From Eledone cirrhosa (lineage: Eukaryota): 64,000 bases of DNA. The position numbers and the translations under genes were made by a program. The DNA lies in contig OZ024741.1 of NCBI GenBank assembly GCA_964016885.1, forward strand, positions 300,080,001 through 300,144,000, written 5' to 3'. This document shows, in pieces, positions 60,901 through 64,000 of this stretch. The notes below the pieces were generated by a model, which saw only the letters and a program-made list of their open reading frames with translations, searched no databases and was not told where the DNA came from. Position 1 is the stretch's first letter, and every line of letters begins with the position of its first letter.

Positions 60901-63003
60901 TACTTTCCATTTTATTCTACCGTGGGTATCGACAATAAAGCACCCGTCAAATATAATCTACACTATTCTCTGATATAATCTATAACTGTATGTATTTTTC
61001 GTGTGGTAGTGTGCATGTCTATGTTAGTTACTGTATTGATTGGTGTTTGAATTTGTCTCTTAGTAAAGATTGCCGATATTCCTATCCCTGGTTTTGATAG
61101 TACTGTAATATCTTCATTTATGTCCATGGACGTATCTACATGTTTCCGATGTAACATTTGCATCACGTGGTTCTTTTGATATATAATACAGAGTATATCC
61201 GTAAGCATATATCTATGTTGCAGATGTTTCCGCAGTGAAGTGTCAGATGGTCCAAACGCATATTCAATCACCCTCGGCAGCTGCCCCTGAGGATAACCAC
61301 GATTATATTGTTGAAATGTAGCAACGTCAGTAAATAGGTGTTGGAAGTGTTTTATGCTACCTGGGTTTCGGGCCTTGAAGATGACTTGCTGTGTATGCTG
61401 TATAATTGTTGGCCTCAATCATAAAACTATTAAATAAATACATTCACATTACAATATATATCTATGAATATCCTAATGGTGCAATATGTTTTAACATTGC
61501 TTAATATTGTTGAAGAGAGAATTATTCATTTTAACTCTCAACAAAATATTAATAGAATTGCAGGGTGCTAGATTGGCAGAATCTAAATAGTCTCGGACAA
61601 AATTATATCTAGTGTTAATTCCGACCGTTTACAATATGAGATCAAACTTCGCTAAGGTGTACTTTACCTTTCATCCTTCCGTGGTTCTAGACAATCAAGT
61701 ACCAGTCATATATCGGGGTAAATATTATAACATTTTCACTCCTCCACATTTGCTGGCCTTGTTATTAAATACAAACATATATACGACTTTGGATTTGCAG
61801 AATCGTTAGAATATTAATCAAATGGTGAGCATTATTTGTTCCATTTCATTTTCTTCTGACTTCAACGGAGCCATTCGTATTTTGGAGATCGATAAAATAC
61901 AAGATCTAATATATTTGGACCGATAAACTATTATAATAATATAATTTATTTAATTTCAGGCGTTATATGGTTAACTTTCAAATGAAAATATATAACACAA
62001 CAAGTTCCAGCACCTGAACTCCTAAGAGTAACAAATATTTCAAATTTTAAACAACTTATATTTAAACAATATCTATAAAAAAAAAACAGAACACCCAACA
62101 TAGCATAATTTCACTATATAATGGACGCCATTTGAGAAAGATATATTTTGTATGTAGCGATGTGTCATTCAATAATTGTTTCTAACATACATACAATCTC
62201 ATATATAGTAGGTGAGTAGGAATGTAAACTAGTTTTTCTCCAGTACATATTCTATCATCAAGAGAACGATGAATTGAAATGTCAAACATAGCATGATTTT
62301 AATTAGTAACATAGAAACCTAGCTAAATATAACACAATATCAAGTGATCCATGCATACGACTAACTATAGTAGGAATGAAGTTGGTTATATAAGCAGTAA
62401 TATATGAATCCTGATCGTATTTTTTCATCCAAGAAATGAGATTTGAACTTTAAGCGTAAAAAGTCTAATTTAAATGTTACAGGCCAATTTCGTGATGACC
62501 CCAAAGACTCTGCCATTTCAAACATTATGAAAGGATTAGTGGAAAGTTTCTGCGGTACAAAGAACGAGATCAATAGAAAATATCTAATATGTTGATATAG
62601 AGCATGCATATATCTTATATCACCATGCATACACATTACAGAAAGGGTCTATTTTTGAGAGATCTAGCTCATATGGCGCATATGGCTACAGCCAATTATA
62701 TTTTGCACCTGAAAAGTTATTATTTGCTTCCAGATTATATCTCACCAGCTTGAAATAGCAGTTATTTCGTTTGCAACTGAAGACACGCTACGTAGCTTAG
62801 AAGACAAATATCCTACCAATCCCGTCCTGTTCAGACGGTGAGCGTGAGTTTGACGTATTGTCACGACAAGCAAATGCATTATTTGGAGAATTTCACTACC
62901 ACGTATTGTGTAGATTAGGATTGGTTATCAAGCACGTGTCACTTGTTAATCATTTATCAGACATCTCTATCAATAATTCATTTTGGAATTTTTGTACCAT
63001 CTT

Positions 63004-63128
63004 CTAAGAGTTTGCGATGAAATGAGACATGCTGGCCTCCGGTACGTTTTGAGAAAGAGACAGATTGCTGAGGTGCATGGACATAGGTGGTCTTAAGGAA
63101 GAGCTTGGTTGCCGGTCCTCTCCGAAAT
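63004..63128 (-). CDS. Possible terminal coding exon of an unidentified host gene
   Basis: Pyrimidine-rich tract plus cag acceptor at 63129-63131, then (D)FGEDRQPSSSLRPPMSMHLSNLSLSQNVPEASMSHFIANS*; non-repetitive context. Confidence 0.3.
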
Positions 63129-63919
63129 CTGTATAAGTCAATATGGAGTGAAATAGAATCTCTCTCTTTGGGGACACCTAAACGATAGAATTCCCAATTT
63201 ATTACTTTCATATCACACTCAGTGTAAAGTTCCCACCATTATAGTCTTTCATTCATAATCATTGTATGCTTAATAATTGTGGACATAAAAGAAATCAGTT
63301 TTATTTTGTCATTAGTATACTTTATAATGCCTGCTTTCGCTTCCTGTGAATATGGATTTCTCTGTACTTCAGAAATATACAATGTATTGAAAATAATCTG
63401 CATAACACAGATGCAGTGCTAATCACATCTATTTTCTATATATGTGTACATCGTGAGTGCTGCGGATGTCGAATATATAAACGAAAATATTTATTATGTG
63501 GTTTATGTTAATTTCATAGAGTATACGCTGTTTTCTTCAATAGAATATGTATTGCATGAGTTTATGTATGTCCTGTTTGCCAGTGGTGCGCTGTTTGTAT
63601 TCTATTGCAATTCAGATGTCATTTGTAGAGTGTAGGGTATATAAAATATAGCAGGTTCATGGTTTGGACTATGTGTATCATTGTGAACACTTGCATGATT
63701 TGCATTACTTTCTTTATTTTATATAATGTATGGTATCACGATTACTATTTGAATTGGTTTTACATTCATCCTCAGAAGAACTGTTCTGCTAGCTAGAGAA
63801 CGGGTAACAGGTGAGGTCTAACGATACGGCCGCCAGATTTGAAGGCTAGTTGTGATATAAGTGGACACCTTCGGACGAATACGCAACCCTGAACCAGTAA
63901 GTGAACAATGGAGGGGATT

Positions 63920-64000
63920 TCCTCTCAAGAAACCTAGGCAGTGCACTCTGCATGTGCTTGGAATTCCACTGAAGTAGGAAGAGAAGTTCAAGTATCTCGG
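63920..64000 (+). pseudogene. LINE RT fragment (RTE-like), cut by window end
   Basis: QCTLHVLGIPLK*EEKFKYL. Confidence 0.5.

Noticed and set aside
60963-61418. 151-aa minus-strand ORF
   Set aside because: No recognisable motifs or splice support.

Overview
AT-rich, microsatellite-saturated eukaryotic DNA. It is most likely from a cephalopod (Octopus-like), inferred from the (TA)n/(TG)n/(TATG)n density and the SINE and retroelement repertoire. It is almost entirely transposon-derived, and most listed ORFs are microsatellite artefacts. Recognisable elements are: a near-intact R4/Dong-type RLE LINE (32.6-36.6 kb, one frameshift, plus a truncated copy at 10.6-11.5 kb) sitting in (TATG)n; a near full-length decayed RTE LINE (50.7-53.8 kb); a full Ty3/Gypsy element of CsRn1/Kabuki type with both LTRs and a 4-bp TSD (54.3-59.6 kb); a Tc1/mariner fragment; several tRNA-derived SINEs; and many Penelope-like elements (PLEs) of at least three types. 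The most striking feature is a dense population of type I hammerhead ribozyme motifs. By eye there are 13 copies with intact CUGANGA/GAAA cores from about 7 sequence families, plus several decayed ones. They lie either in PLE pseudo-LTRs or in small non-coding ~300-540 nt elements. These small elements are longer than unit length or circularly permuted, carry fold-back 5' inversions and sit in (TA)n. They are candidate retrozyme-like RNAs mobilised by PLEs. A possible terminal host exon lies at ~63.0-63.1 kb (minus strand). All calls are by eye; coordinates of decayed elements are approximate.
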